64,000 nucleotides of DNA, taken from assembly GCA_951406725.2 (NCBI GenBank), contig CATOCA020000001.1, forward strand, positions 3,224,001 to 3,288,000. Direction: 5' to 3'. This stretch comes from Octopus vulgaris (Eukaryota). Shown here piece by piece: positions 11,303 through 25,521 of the stretch (positions are counted from its first letter, which is position 1; every line of letters begins with the position of its first letter). Under the pieces are notes generated by a model. That model was not told the DNA's origin. It ran no database searches and saw nothing but the letters and a program-made list of their open reading frames with translations. A program made the translations under genes and the position numbers.

Positions 11303-12724
11303 TACATGTATGTATGTATGTGTGTGTATATGTTTGTATGTCTGTATTTGTCCCCCAATATCACTTGGCAACCGATGCTGGTGCTTTTACGTCCCCGTAA
11401 CTTGGCGGTTTGGCAAGAGACCGTTAGAATAAGTACTAGGCTTACAAAGAATAAGTCTTGAGGTCAATTTTCTTGACTAAAGGCGGTGCTCCAGCATGGC
11501 CGCAGTCAAATGACTGAAACCAGTAAAAGAGTAACAGTCACTGTGCTGTGTCTCTTATTTCTTTACTGCCCACAAGGGGCTAAACACAGAGGGGACAAAC
11601 AAGGACAGACAAAGGGATTAAGTCGATTACATCAACCCTCAGTGCGTAACTGGTACTTTATTTATCGACCCCGAAAGGATGAAAGGCAAAGTCGACCTAG
11701 GCGGAATTTGAACTCAGAACGTAACGACAGACGAAATACCTGTTTCTTTACTGCCCACAAAGGGCTAAATATAGAGGGGACAAGCAAGGACATACAAAGG
11801 GATTAAGTCGATTACATCAACCCCCAGTGCGTAACTGGTATTTTATTTATCGAACCCGAAAGGATGAAAACAAAGTCGACCTCGGCGGAAATTTGAACCC
11901 AGAACGTAACGACAGACAAAATACTGCAAAGCATTTCGCCCGGCGTGCTAACGATTCTGCCAGCTTGCCACCTTGGTTAGCTACATTACTCTGCTTATTA
12001 CAGTTCGATTGGTTACAGTTCAACCCTGAATGCTGGAATGTGCTCTGTTGATCACTGTACATCTTGAGCTATAAATCTGCGGATCACTTCCCAGCTGGGT
12101 GGAGACACGTTACATAAATAACAAATTGATTCTATAAACTCTTTTACTCTTTTACTCTTTTACATGTTTCAGTCATTTGACTGCGGCCATGCTGGAGCAC
12201 CGCCTTTAGTCGAGCAAATCGACCCCGGGACTTATTCTTTGTAAGCCCAGTACTTATTCTATCGGTCTCTTTTGCCGATCCACTAAGTGACGGGGACGTA
12301 AACACACCAGCATCGGTTGTCAAGCAATGCTAGGGGTACAAACACAGACACACAAACACATACATATATATACATATATACGACAGGCTTCTTTCAGTTT
12401 CCATCTACCAAATCCACTCACAAGGCATTGGTCGGCCCGGGGCTGCAGCAGAAGACACTTGCCCAAGATGCCACGCAGTGGACTGAACCCGGAACCATGG
12501 GTTGGTTAGCAAGCTACTTACCACACAGCCACTCCTGCGCCTGAAAAAGAAAAATAACAAAAGAATCAATGAAAAATAGAGTTTGTACAATAAAACCTCC
12601 TGTATTGGTCTTTGCTTTGATCTCATCTGCTTTGTTACTATTAAGATTCACTCTATCAACAAGTGGCTACTTTATATAGTTTTGCAAATATCTCTATGAC
12701 TATTTCATAATTAATCAATTTCAC

Positions 12725-13416
<692 letters not shown>

Positions 13417-13870
13417 TGACAAGAAATAATTTTTGCCGCTTTTAAGAGGGTTTGTAAGGCTGCAGAAAGGAAGTGCTCAAGTGTAATTGAGACAGAGAGA
13501 GATAAAGAAACATCGATCAGAGAAGAAACATGAAATTCGATTCAACAACTTTATACATAACACCGTCCCTTATCAAACATTTCATCATATCTAAATACTA
13601 CCCTGGCCTTTAAACATATAAAAAGAATATATATATATAAAAAATACAGAAGGTAAAAAATATACATGCAAATAAAAATACAGATATATAGAATGGCTTA
13701 TCAAGAGGGTTTATATAATTGACTAAGAATTCTAAAGTGTGTCGTGCGACTAAAAACCTAAATAAAATATCAATTGACTAAAAAGATTTTTTTATTACCC
13801 TCAAACAAAAAAAAAAGGAGAAAGTCAAAATAGTTAATTTCATAAAAACCATGGGGTACTACTTGAGAAC

Positions 13871-14056
13871 AGTGGTCCCGGTGCGCGCACTCGCATTAGC
13901 TAGTCATGACTAGTCGATCCTTACTTTGTGTTTTTGAGTTTTATTTGCTTTGCTTAAAAAAATTATTTATTTTGTGTCCGCGCTAGCTAGTCGTGACTAG
14001 TCGATCCTACAACGACTTCCTAGCAAAGTAAATAAAACACAAAATAAATAATTTTT
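13871..14056. mobile_element. Short foldback element (ctagtcgtgactagtcgatcct family); related copies at ~26983, 32095, 36925 and 43351
   Basis: Internal inverted repeats; shared gtggtcc(c/t)ggtgcgcgcactcg end. Confidence 0.6.
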
Positions 14057-14081
14057 TGGATCTTTTCGGTTTGAACGGCAG

Positions 14082-14582
14082 TTTTTTGTAGCGGTGTCAT
14101 ATGAAATTGTCACCCATAATTATGACCCTAGTATCAATCTATTGCATTTCAATCTGTTTTAGGGTTAGGGGTGGGTGGAAGGGTATCTTTTTTGTTCAGA
14201 AATGTAAATAAATAGGCGCAGGAGTGGCTGTGGTAAGTAGCTTGCTTACCAACCACATGGTTCCGGGTTCAGTCCCACTGCGTGGCACCTTGGGCAAGTG
14301 TCTTCTACTATTGAGAAAATTCTATATGTTGTAAGATATTTCGACTTTAATTTCGAGCATTTCAGCAATTTTAACATTCCCTGCTATATGAATACGTCCC
14401 TCGTTTAAGAAGCAGATTGGGTTTATTTACATTTGTGAAGAATAAAAGATACCCTTCCCCCACCCCTAACCCTAACCCTAACCATAACTCTAAACCTAAC
14501 CCTAAAATAGATTGAAATGCAATAGATCGATACTAGGGTCATAATCATGGGTGACAATTTCTATTCACACCGCTAGAAAAAA
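14082..14582. mobile_element. Foldback/MITE with ~130-bp inverted arms containing (TTAGGG)/(CCCTAA) repeats; SINE fragment inside
   Basis: 14082-14212 is the reverse complement of ~14420-14582. Confidence 0.75.
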
Positions 14583-14596
14583 TCCCATTTTCGGTA

Positions 14597-15388
14597 GCGA
14601 GGGAGATGGATAGACAGAGAGGGAGAGAGAGGGGGATGGATAAAGAGAGAGGGAGGTAGAAGGCTAGAGAGGGAGGAGATAGATAGCTAGAGAGAGAGGG
14701 AGATCAATAGATAGAGAGAGGGGGAGATGGATAGATAGAGAGAGAGGGAGATAGATATAGAGAGAGAGGGAGATAGAGAGAGAGAGGGAGATAGAGAGAG
14801 GTGGAGATAGATAGATAGAGAGAGAGGGAGATAGATAGCTAGAGAGAGAGGGAGATCAGATAGATAGAGAGAGGGGGAGATAGATAGATAGATAGAGAGA
14901 GGGAGATAGATAGATAGAGAGAGGGAGATAGATATAGAGAGAGGGAGATAGAGAGAGAGGGGATAGATAGAGAGAGAGGGAGATAGATAGATAGAGAGAG
15001 GGAGATAGATAGATAGAGAGAGAGGGAGATAGATAGATAGAGAGAGAGGGAGATAAATAGATAGAGAGAGGGGGAGATAGATAGATAGAGAGAGAGAGAG
15101 GGAGATAGATTGATAGAGAGAGGGGGAGATAGATAGATAGAGAGAGAAAGGGAGATGGATAGAGAGAGGGAGATAGATAGATAGAGAGAGAGGGAGATAA
15201 ATAGATAGAGAGAGGGGAGATAGATAGATAGAGAGAGAGGGAGATAGATATAGAGAGAGGGAGATAGATAGAGAGAGAGAGAGAGAGAGAGGGAGATAGA
15301 TAGATAGAGAGAGAGAGATAGATAGAGAGAGAGAGAGAGGGAGATAGATAGATAGAGAGAGAGGAGATATATAGATAGATAGAGAGAG

Positions 15389-15439
<51 letters not shown>

Positions 15440-15605
15440 AGGACAGACCGATAGAGAGAGAGAAAGACAGATGGATAGAGAGAAAGATAGAGAGAGAAAT
15501 AGTATGTAAATAGATAGAGAGAGAGAGACAGATAGATAGAGAGACAGAGAGAGAGAGATAGAGAGAGAGACAGATAGACAGATATAGATAGGTAGGCAGA
15601 GAGAC
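14597..15605. repeat. Compound (AGAT)/(AG)n purine-rich microsatellite
   Basis: Seen directly. Confidence 0.95.
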
Positions 15606-16130
15606 GTTTAAAAGCATGGATGTCAGTGTATATACAACTTAATCTACGTTGGTGATTTCATCAATTTGTCTGTTTATGTCTGGGTAACGAATCTCTATGT
15701 TCTACTGTAACAGTAATAATAACATATAAACATGCATCTATCCACCTATCCATACACAGATACGTAAACTCTATCTTATGACAAGATATAAGACAAGAAA
15801 AATCTTTACCTTAGCGAAAGACAGAATATTTCCAGGTGTAGGAGTCCTAAAAGCCATTTCAGTCTGGCTCTGGGTCGCGCGGATGAATAAATTGTATTCA
15901 GTTCTTAAGAATATATTTAATGTTAAGCAGGAGGTCATTCAGGGCAGCCAATAAAGCGACTCATTGTATTTTCTCTTTGTTGGATCGCCTTTCATTCTTA
16001 TCTCTCAAATATCCTGTCAGCCTTCCACTCGCGGGAATTTCTGAAATTAAAGCTGTGACCTAGTTTTACCCTAATTGTCCAAAGAGCTATGTGTATATGT
16101 ATGTGTATATGTATGTGTGTGTGTATGTAA

Positions 16131-16170
<40 letters not shown>

Positions 16171-16314
16171 GGTGGGCAACACCTACGTATGTTGATTGTA
16201 TATTATTAACCCATTGAAATCGTTTTGGATTTCGTGAGCGATAAAAGCCGAACACATTTTGTTGTTAAAGGCGCGGTTTTATTGGCCAACGTCTATGCAT
16301 TGTAGTAACATGAT

Positions 16315-16353
<39 letters not shown>

Positions 16354-16404
16354 CACAATTCACACACAAACATACTTATGTATTATGTATATATATATAT
16401 AGAT

Positions 16405-16442
<38 letters not shown>

Positions 16443-16452
16443 TATACATGCA

Positions 16453-17037
16453 TGGCAGAAACGTTAGCAGTCCGGGCGAAATGCGTAGCCGTATTTCGTC
16501 TGTCGTTACGTTGTGAGTTCAAATTCCGCGCAGGTCGACATTGCCTTTCAGCCTTTCGGGGTCGATAAATTAAGTACCAGTTACGCACTGGTGTCGATGT
16601 AATCGACTTAATCCCTTTGTCTGTCCTTGTTTGTCCCCTCTGTGTTTGGCCCCTTGTGGGTAATAAAGAAATAGGTATTTCGTCTGTCGTTACGTTCTGA
16701 GTTCAAATTCCGCGCAGGTCGACATTGCCTTTCAGCCTTTCGGGGTCGATAAATAAAGTACCAGTTACGCACTGGTGTCGATGTAATCGACTTAATACCT
16801 ATATCTGTCCTTGTTTGTCCCCTCTGTGTTTAGCCCCTTGTGGGTAATAAAGAAATAGGTATTTCGTCTGTCGTTACGTTGTGAGTTCAAATTTCGCCGA
16901 GGTCGACTTTGCCTTTCATCCTTTCGGGGGTCGATAAATTAAGTACCAGTTACGCACTGGTGTCGATGTAATCGACTTAATCCCTTTGTCTGTCCTTGTT
17001 TGTCCCCTCTATGTTTTGCCCCTTGTGGGCAATAAAG

Positions 17038-17040
<3 letters not shown>
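16453..17040 (+). mobile_element. SINE family B (Meta-domain-like core) as a ~181-bp tandem trimer. Others at 4335-4755(+), 10875-11105(-), 11555-11970(-)
   Basis: Repeated gagttcaaatt B box and gcctttcatcctttcggggtcgataaattaagtaccag core. Confidence 0.85.
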
Positions 17041-17092
<52 letters not shown>

Positions 17093-17226
17093 GTGTGTGT
17101 GTGTGTGTGAGAGAGATGTATAGTTAATGAAATATATTCAATGAGAATACAATATACCGAATTTCAAATAAATGCTCTTGGTAGGGGAATGTCTAAAGCA
17201 TTAAAGATATTTAGACATAATATATT

Positions 17227-17323
<97 letters not shown>

Positions 17324-17865
17324 TTAATAATATAAGGGTAAAGAATTATTAATTTTAAAAAACCAACAATTATTCCCGGGTAGATTTCGGTATGTAAATA
17401 TAACTATTATCGGTAGGAACTTTTTTTTAAAAATTATATATATATATATATAAAAGAGCAAGCAACAGGTTGCTTAGCCACATACCGAAAAAATAAGAAA
17501 TAGCAGTCAAAGACCGTTTATTTCTATTTTATACAAATATAAAATAGAAATAAACGGTCTTTGACTGCTATTTCTAGTGGAGTTATATTTGCATAAAATA
17601 GAAATAAACGGTTTTTGACTGCTATTTCTAATTTTTGGTATGTGGCTAAGCGACCTGTCTCTTGCCCTTTTATATATATATATATCACCATCATCATCAT
17701 CATCGTTTAGCATCCGCTTTCCATGCTAGTATGGGTTGGAGGGTTCAACTGGGGTCTGGGAAGCACTAGGCCCACTCTGATCTGGCACTGTTTCTACGGC
17801 TGGATGCTCTTCCTAAGCTAACCACTCCGTGCTTTTTACGTGCCACCAGCACAGGTGCCAGGCGA

Positions 17866-18310
17866 AGCTGGCAACGGCCACAATCGGATGGTGCCTTTTA
17901 TGTACCACCGGCACGGAGGCCAGTCGGGCGGCGCTGGCACGGCCACAATCGGATGGTGCCTTTTATGTACCACCGGCACGGACCAGTCGCGGCGACTGGC
18001 CGGCCGGCCACAATCGGATGGTGCCTTTTATGTACCACCGGCACGGAGGCCAGTCGGGCGGCGCTGGCAACGGCCACAATCGGATGGTGCCTTTTATGTA
18101 CCACCGGCACGGAGGCCAGTCGGGCGGCGCTGGCAACGGCCACAATCGGATGGTGCCTTTTATGTACCACCGGCACGGAGGCCAGTCGGGCGGCGCTGGC
18201 AACGGCCACAATCGGATGGTGCCTTTTATGTACCACCGGCACGGAGGCCAGTCGGGCGGCGCTGGCAACGGCCACAATCGGATGGTTCTCTTACGTGCCA
18301 CCGGCACTGG
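17866..18310. repeat. 66-bp minisatellite, ~6.7 copies, inside a family C element
   Basis: Unit gcgctggcaacggccacaatcggatggtgccttttatgtaccaccggcacggaggccagtcgggcg; explains the repetitive ORFs in several frames. Confidence 0.92.
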
Positions 18311-18591
18311 TATCACAGCTACAATTTCCACTGATGTTGATCGATTTCGATTTTGATTGTGATTTTGATTTTGATTTTGATTCTCACTTGCCTCAACAGG
18401 TCTTCGCAAGTAGAGTTTTGTGTCCCAAGAAGGAAAGGTATGCATAAGTGGACTGGCTACATCCCTAGTAGAGGCCACGGGTTATGGTCTCACTTGTCCT
18501 TCCGGGTCTTCCCACGCACAGCATACTTCCAAAGGTTTCGGTCTCTCGTCATTTCCTCGGTGAGACCTAAAGTTCGAAGGTCATATATACA

Positions 18592-18651
<60 letters not shown>

Positions 18652-18720
18652 TATCTATCTATCTATCTATCTAAATGCATGCTAGTGTGTGTATATTTGT
18701 ACGTATATACATTTGCTGAA

Positions 18721-18762
<42 letters not shown>

Positions 18763-18821
18763 TTCAGCAAATGTATATACTACAAATATACAAATATACA
18801 AATATACAAGGAGTAAAAGAC

Positions 18822-18864
<43 letters not shown>

Positions 18865-18914
18865 GTACTTGTTTCAGTCATTTGACTGGGCCATGCTGGA
18901 GCACCGCCTTTAGA

Positions 18915-19077
18915 GTGGTGAAAGAGTACAGCAGGGATCACCACCATCCCCTGCCGGAGCCTCGTGGAGCTTTTAGGTGTTTTCGCTCAATAAACACACA
19001 CAACGCCCGGTCTGGGAATCGAAACCGCGATCCTCCGACCGCAAGTCCGCTGCCCTAACCACTGGGCCATTGCGCCT

Positions 19078-19080
<3 letters not shown>
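18915..19080 (-). mobile_element. tRNA-derived SINE family D (head also at 9106-9175 +)
   Basis: ggaggcgcaatggcccagtggttagggcagcggac...ggtttcgattccc tRNA-like head. Confidence 0.75.
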
Positions 19081-19124
<44 letters not shown>

Positions 19125-19545
19125 ATATATATAATATATTATAATATATTATACTTGTTATATATATACAGTCATTTTGACATTTGACGTGGCCATTTTG
19201 ACTGGAACACCGCCTTTAGTCGAGTAAGTCGACCCCAGGACTTATTCTTTGTAAGCCTAGTACCTATTCTATAGATCTCTTTTGCCAAAGTGTTAGGTTA
19301 CGTGGACATAAACACACCACCATCGGTGGTCAAGCGATACTGGACACACACACACACACACGCAAACATATATACGACGGGCTTCTTTCAGTTTCCGTCT
19401 ACCAAATGCACCCACAAGGCTTTGGTCGGCCTGAGGCTATAGTAGAAGACACTTGCCCAAGGTGCCACGCAGTGGGACTGAACCCGGAACCATGTGGTCC
19501 ATAGAAGATACTTACCGCACAACCACTCCTGCACCTATATACATA

Positions 19546-19601
<56 letters not shown>

Positions 19602-20048
19602 TGAAAAATGCATTAAATGCTACAAAACGTACGCATAGGACATATGTACATACAAACATACATATATGTGTGTGTATGTATAAATATATATGTATGTACG
19701 TATCTATGCGTGTATGTTTAACTAGCTAGATAGATAAACTGATGGATATGTACTCACACGTCCTGCTTTTCTAAAAGTGACCTAAAATGTTTATCTAAGA
19801 TGTGAAAAGGGACAAGTTTCTTTAGATTAATATGGTTATAGAAATTTCAGGAATTTAATGAGTGAAAATTGAGATATATATATACATATATACGACGGGC
19901 TTCTTTCAGTTTCCGTCTACCAAATCCATTCACTAGGCTTTGGTCGGCCAGAGGCTATAGTAGAAGACACTTGCCCAAGCTACCACACAATGGGACTGAG
20001 CCCAGAACCATGTGGTTGGTAAACAAGCTACTTACCACACAGCCACTC

Positions 20049-20129
<81 letters not shown>

Positions 20130-20145
20130 ATATATCGAATTTTCC

Positions 20146-20191
<46 letters not shown>

Positions 20192-20782
20192 TTTTATATG
20201 TGAATGAATTATCCTATGTTTACCGTCAGCATGGAAAATTCGATGAACCGATACCAGGGTAGCAAATTCACGTGAGAAACATGATTGAAGCGACCTGTCC
20301 AAGGGTAGAAACTCCGGGTTCATGTGCAGAAATTTGTATTATATATGAATAAATAAAAGAATGGAGTCGAACGAAGATGTTAGCAAAATTCCTTTACTCT
20401 CGACATATGTTTCGAAGACAACATAGTTTCATTCCAAAGGAATAAAGGGTGCAAGATGCAATCATTTATTTATTCATATATATATGTATATCACCATCAT
20501 CATTGTTTAACGTCCGTTTTCCATGCTAGTATGGGTTGGACGGTTCGACCGGGGTCTGGGAAGCCAAGAGGCTGCACCAGGCTCTAGTCTGACTTCGCAG
20601 TGTTTCTACAGCTAGATGCCCCTCCTAACACCGACAACTCATTGAGTGTAGTGGGTGCTTCTTACGTGCCGCAGGTGCCAGGCGAGGCTTGCAACGGACA
20701 CTATTGCTCGGTGCTTATGTGCCATTGGCACGGAAGCCAGTCAAGGCGGCGCTGGCTCGGCCACGATTCGGACGGTGCTTTT

Positions 20783-20844
<62 letters not shown>

Positions 20845-20866
20845 TAATAATAATGATAATGATAAC

Positions 20867-20945
<79 letters not shown>

Positions 20946-21111
20946 TAATAATAATAAAATAATAATAATAATAATAATAATAATGTAATAAAATATAATA
21001 ATAATAAAATGAAAAAATAATGATAATAATAATAATAATAATAATGATATGATAATAATAATAATAATAATGATAATAATAATATAATAATAATAAATAA
21101 TAATAATAATA

Positions 21112-21145
<34 letters not shown>

Positions 21146-21200
21146 TAAAAATAATAATAATAATAATGATAATAATAATAATAATATAATAATAATAATC

Positions 21201-21243
<43 letters not shown>

Positions 21244-21281
21244 TAATAATAATAATAATGATAATAATATTAATAATAATA

Positions 21282-21312
<31 letters not shown>

Positions 21313-21320
21313 TAAAAATA
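20783..21320. repeat. (AAT)n microsatellite
   Basis: Seen directly. Confidence 0.95.
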
Positions 21321-21510
21321 ACATTGGCGCAGGAGTGGCTGTGTGGCAAATTAGATAAAATAAAGTAGCTTGTTTACAAAGCACATGGTTCTGGATTCAG
21401 CCCACTGCATGGCACCTTGGGCAAGTGTCTTCTACTATAGCCTCGGGCCGACCAAAGCCTTGTCAATGGATTTGGTAGACGGAAACTGAAAGAAGCCCAT
21501 CGTATATATG

Positions 21511-21578
<68 letters not shown>

Positions 21579-21772
21579 TGTGTTTCTCCCCCCTACATCA
21601 CTTGACAACCGATGCTGGTGTGTTTACGGCCCCGTAACTTAGAGGTTCGGGAAAAGAGACCGATAGAATAAGTACTGGGCTTACAAAGAATAAGTCCCGG
21701 GGTCGAGTTGCTCGATTAAAGGCGGTGCTCCATCATGGCTGCAGTCAAATGACTGAAACAAGTAAAAGAGTA

Positions 21773-21914
21773 TTGAAAAATACCTTAGGAATGAGAACAC
21801 AGGTTCGAAATTTCCTCAAGACACCTGATGAAGCCTGGAGGGTATACCAGCCGAAAAGTTGTGTTAACAACAAACAAGATGAGGACAAATATCTGTCAAA
21901 AGTAATACATAATT
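21773..21914 (+). mobile_element. Fragment of hammerhead-bearing (Penelope/retrozyme-like) repeat; ribozyme motif at 21820-21865
   Basis: GACAC-CTGATGA-a-GcCTGG...CCAGcC-GAAA-agtt-GTGTT; same family as 2739-3253. Confidence 0.65.
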
Positions 21915-22922
21915 AAATAAATAAATAAATGAGTGGGAATCGAACCGGTGAGTGTGTTAAGTAATAAGGCACCCAAAAGAGAATGGCTCTCCCCAGACAC
22001 AACAAAATATGCTTCAACACACGAATTCACATAAAGAATCTTGCAAACCAAAAACAAAAACGATGTATTCACACACAAGTGGCTTAGTATTCTACAGAGA
22101 CGCGTATTCTCAATCTTATTCTCAGACAGAATCAGCATGGCAACGGGTATAACAAAGTTGGCTTTGGAATTACCAATGAGGTACATCCTATGAGCCCTCA
22201 TACAATTTCTGTTCACCTAGGTTGATGCAAGATTATGGAAGAAGACACTTGTCCAAGAAGTTATGCAGTGGGATTAAATCTTCGGTATCTCTGTCTATAT
22301 ACCTACACTCTTTGTGTCTGTTGGCAAATGGAATAAGTATAAAAATGAACATTGTCAATTTAATTTTAAAAATTCCATATGTGGCTGAAGAGTGCTCTAC
22401 ATTTTAAAACTGATGTAATTCTTACATTGATTAATTAAATGAAGTAGCATGAAACGATTGTACTACACTACCTTGGATATACTTGTTGCTTATTTTGATT
22501 ATAATCACCCCATTTGATTTATATGGATAATACCATACCAAATTCTGGTGCCTTTAATTTAAGTACCATATTCATCTGAATCTAAAGTACTTGATCATGC
22601 ATATACTAGGCACAGTATACACAGAAGCATACACTGATAAACACTCTCACACACACACATACACAATATAGTACGTGCAAATGGACAATATACATACATA
22701 TCTCTCTCTTTTACTCTTTTACTTGTTTCAGTCATTTGACTGCGGCCATGCTGGAGCACCGCCTTTAATCGTGCAACTCGACCCCGGGACTTATTCTTTT
22801 GTAAGCCCAGTACTTATTCTATCGGTCTCTTTTGCCAAACCGCTAAGTAACGGGGACATAAACACACCAGCACCGGTTGTCAAGCAATGCTAGGGGGACA
22901 AACAGAAACACAAACACACACA

Positions 22923-22963
<41 letters not shown>

Positions 22964-23462
22964 GACGGGCTTCTTTCAGTTTCCATCTACCAAATCCACA
23001 CACAAGGCTTTGGTCGGCCCGAGGCTATAGTAGAAGACACTTGCCCAAGGTGCCACGCAGTGGGACTGAACCCGGAACCGTGTGGCTGGTAAACAAGCTA
23101 CTTACCACACAGCCACTCCTGCGCCTATGTTGGAAGTAATGTTTTTATAAAATTACAAACTTATATTTCTTAGATTTTTACCAGACTTTTGCCTGTAAAT
23201 ATATTGGAAATAATGTTCTGCAGAAGACTAGGCTCTACTTTCCAGGTAAAGAAAAACAAGTCTTATCTTGAGAACAAACATCTAGCTGTCGAAATTTCAC
23301 GAAATCCTTCATAACCTGCTTTTGTGATATTTAATAATTATTAACTCTATTTTTGTGTCCCCAATTCTCTCTCTTCTTTCCCTCTTCCCACTCTCTCTAG
23401 TTTTCTTTGAATCTTTTTTTTCTGTGTCAGTCCTTTTCTTCTCTTTCTGTTCTCATTTCTTT

Positions 23463-23503
<41 letters not shown>

Positions 23504-23514
23504 TTATTTTATAG

Positions 23515-23592
23515 GGAGCTTCTACAGGACTAGAACTGTTTCATTCAAATGATTTCATTTGAATGAAACAGTTCTAGTCCTGTAGAAGCTCC
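23515..23592. repeat. Perfect 38-bp inverted repeat with 2-nt spacer
   Basis: ggagcttctacaggactagaactgtttcattcaaatga-tt-reverse complement. Confidence 0.95.
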
Positions 23593-23670
23593 TTCTATAA
23601 AATAAATTAATTTTCTCTGCCATGTATTGAGTACCTTATTTACTGTGGTTAACCCCGACTCAACCCGGGA

Positions 23671-23716
<46 letters not shown>

Positions 23717-24510
23717 CAAGTGAAATTGGAATCGAAATTGAACCAATCCTATGACTGGCACCCGGCAGTTGCCAGGACCGCTGGACTGACTCCTGTGCAG
23801 GTGGCAAGTGAAGAAACACCATTTCGACCCTTTGCTTGAGGAGATCCATTGAGTCAAGTACACCAACGTCAAAATCAATGGAAACTGCAATTGTGATCCC
23901 GGTGGCGGTGGCACGTAAAAGGCACCATCTTAATGTGGCCGATGTCAGCGTTGCCTAGAGTGGCTTCCGTGCCGGTGGCACGTAAAAGGCGCCGTTCGAA
24001 TCGTGGCCGATGCCAGCGTCGCTTTGACTGGCTTCCGTGCCAATGGCACGTAAAATGCACCAATCCACTCGTGGCCGTTGCCAGCCTCGCCTGGCACCTG
24101 GGCAGGTGGTACGTAAAAAGCACCCACTACACTCACGGAGTGGTTGGCGTTAGGAAGGGCATCCAACTGTAGAAACACTGCCAGATCAGACTGGAGCCTG
24201 GTGCATATTTTAAGTGTATCTATTTGTGGAACTACTATATTCGGAAATGTAGCAGGTCTATCAGGTACTAACACATTTACAGCATGCTTCAATGATGGAT
24301 TTTCTATACATACATACATACGTACACCAAGCTTGCTTGGTGAGGAGGGTTTTTACTGGACACCCTGCGGGATGAAAAACAAAACCCGTCAAAGGGCGGA
24401 GGAACTCTTGAGAATCAACAGCCATCCAATAAATGTGTAATTATATATTTACTGTATATCTGCCTTTTTCTCACTAATTTTTACATATTGTATATTTTTA
24501 TAGCTTGCTC

Positions 24511-25521
24511 GGTTAATATATGGATCCGCGCCCAAGTGGCAAAAATGGAAAAATATATGTGTAACAGGTGTAAGGCATCGTATAATGAAGGAATATGACG
24601 AAAAAAAAAGCGCGCTGACAAACGGGGGCGTGGGGAGGAGGCTCGGAAAATACCCACGATCAATCGTAGAGGATCCGAGCAATAAACCTCAACGCCCGGT
24701 CGCAGGAGCGCAACAGAAACCGTCTAAATACTTCTCATGCAATGTGTATACAACAAATATCGAGAAAAAAAGCGCGCTGACAAACGGGGGCGTGGGGAGG
24801 GGACTCGGAAAATACCCACGATCAACCGACGGGCTTCTTAAAGGTTCCGTCTACCAAACCCACTCACAAGGCTTTTGCTGGCTCGAGGCTATAGTAGAAG
24901 ACACTTGACCAAGGTACCACGCAGTGGGACTGAACCCGGAACCATGTGGTTGTTGAGGAAGCTACTTACCACACAGCCATCCACTCTTTCTCGAACACAT
25001 CTCTTCTAAACCCTGCCAACGCTGTTTCCCCGAACACACTTCTCGACAAAACTCATATTTTTTTGTAACTTTCAAATAAAATAATAAAAAAAAACCTTAA
25101 TTTCATATTGATGTGGGGAAAATACTCCGAAAGAAATATTTGCAGGAAGGTGAGTAGATTCATTACACAATTCATTTCATTGTGTTTAGTGAGATTTGGC
25201 TGTTATTTCTAGCATGAAAATAGCTGGCTTGAGGGGGATATATCTTTATATATAAAAGTGAGGTTGTGTGCTATCTGTCTCCTACGATTTAGATTCCTAA
25301 CTACTCCCAACGGTTTCTGTTGCGCTCCTGCGACCGGGCGTTGAGGTTTATTGCTCGGATCCTCTACGGTTGATCGTGGGTATTTTCCGAGCCCCCTCCC
25401 CACGCCCCCGTTTGTCAGCGCGCTTTTTTTTCGTCATATTCCTTCAATATACAATGCCTTACACCTGTTACACATATTTTTTTCCCTTTTTGCCACTTGG
25501 GCGCGGATCCATATATTAACC
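24511..25521. mobile_element. Non-autonomous DNA transposon, Merlin-like (long TIRs, 8-bp TSD)
   Basis: ~213-bp TIRs starting GGTTAATATATGGATCC (24511-24723 / 25310-25521); TSD GCTTGCTC at 24503-24510 and 25522-25529; empty site at 35442-35449. Confidence 0.9.

Noticed and set aside
14461-14505. Telomere or chromosome fusion site
   Set aside because: Only a few degenerate CCCTAA units, within the arm of a foldback element
17829-18478. Repetitive ORFs and CRISPR-like appearance
   Set aside because: 66-bp tandem minisatellite with no unique spacers, inside a retroelement; eukaryotic context and no cas genes
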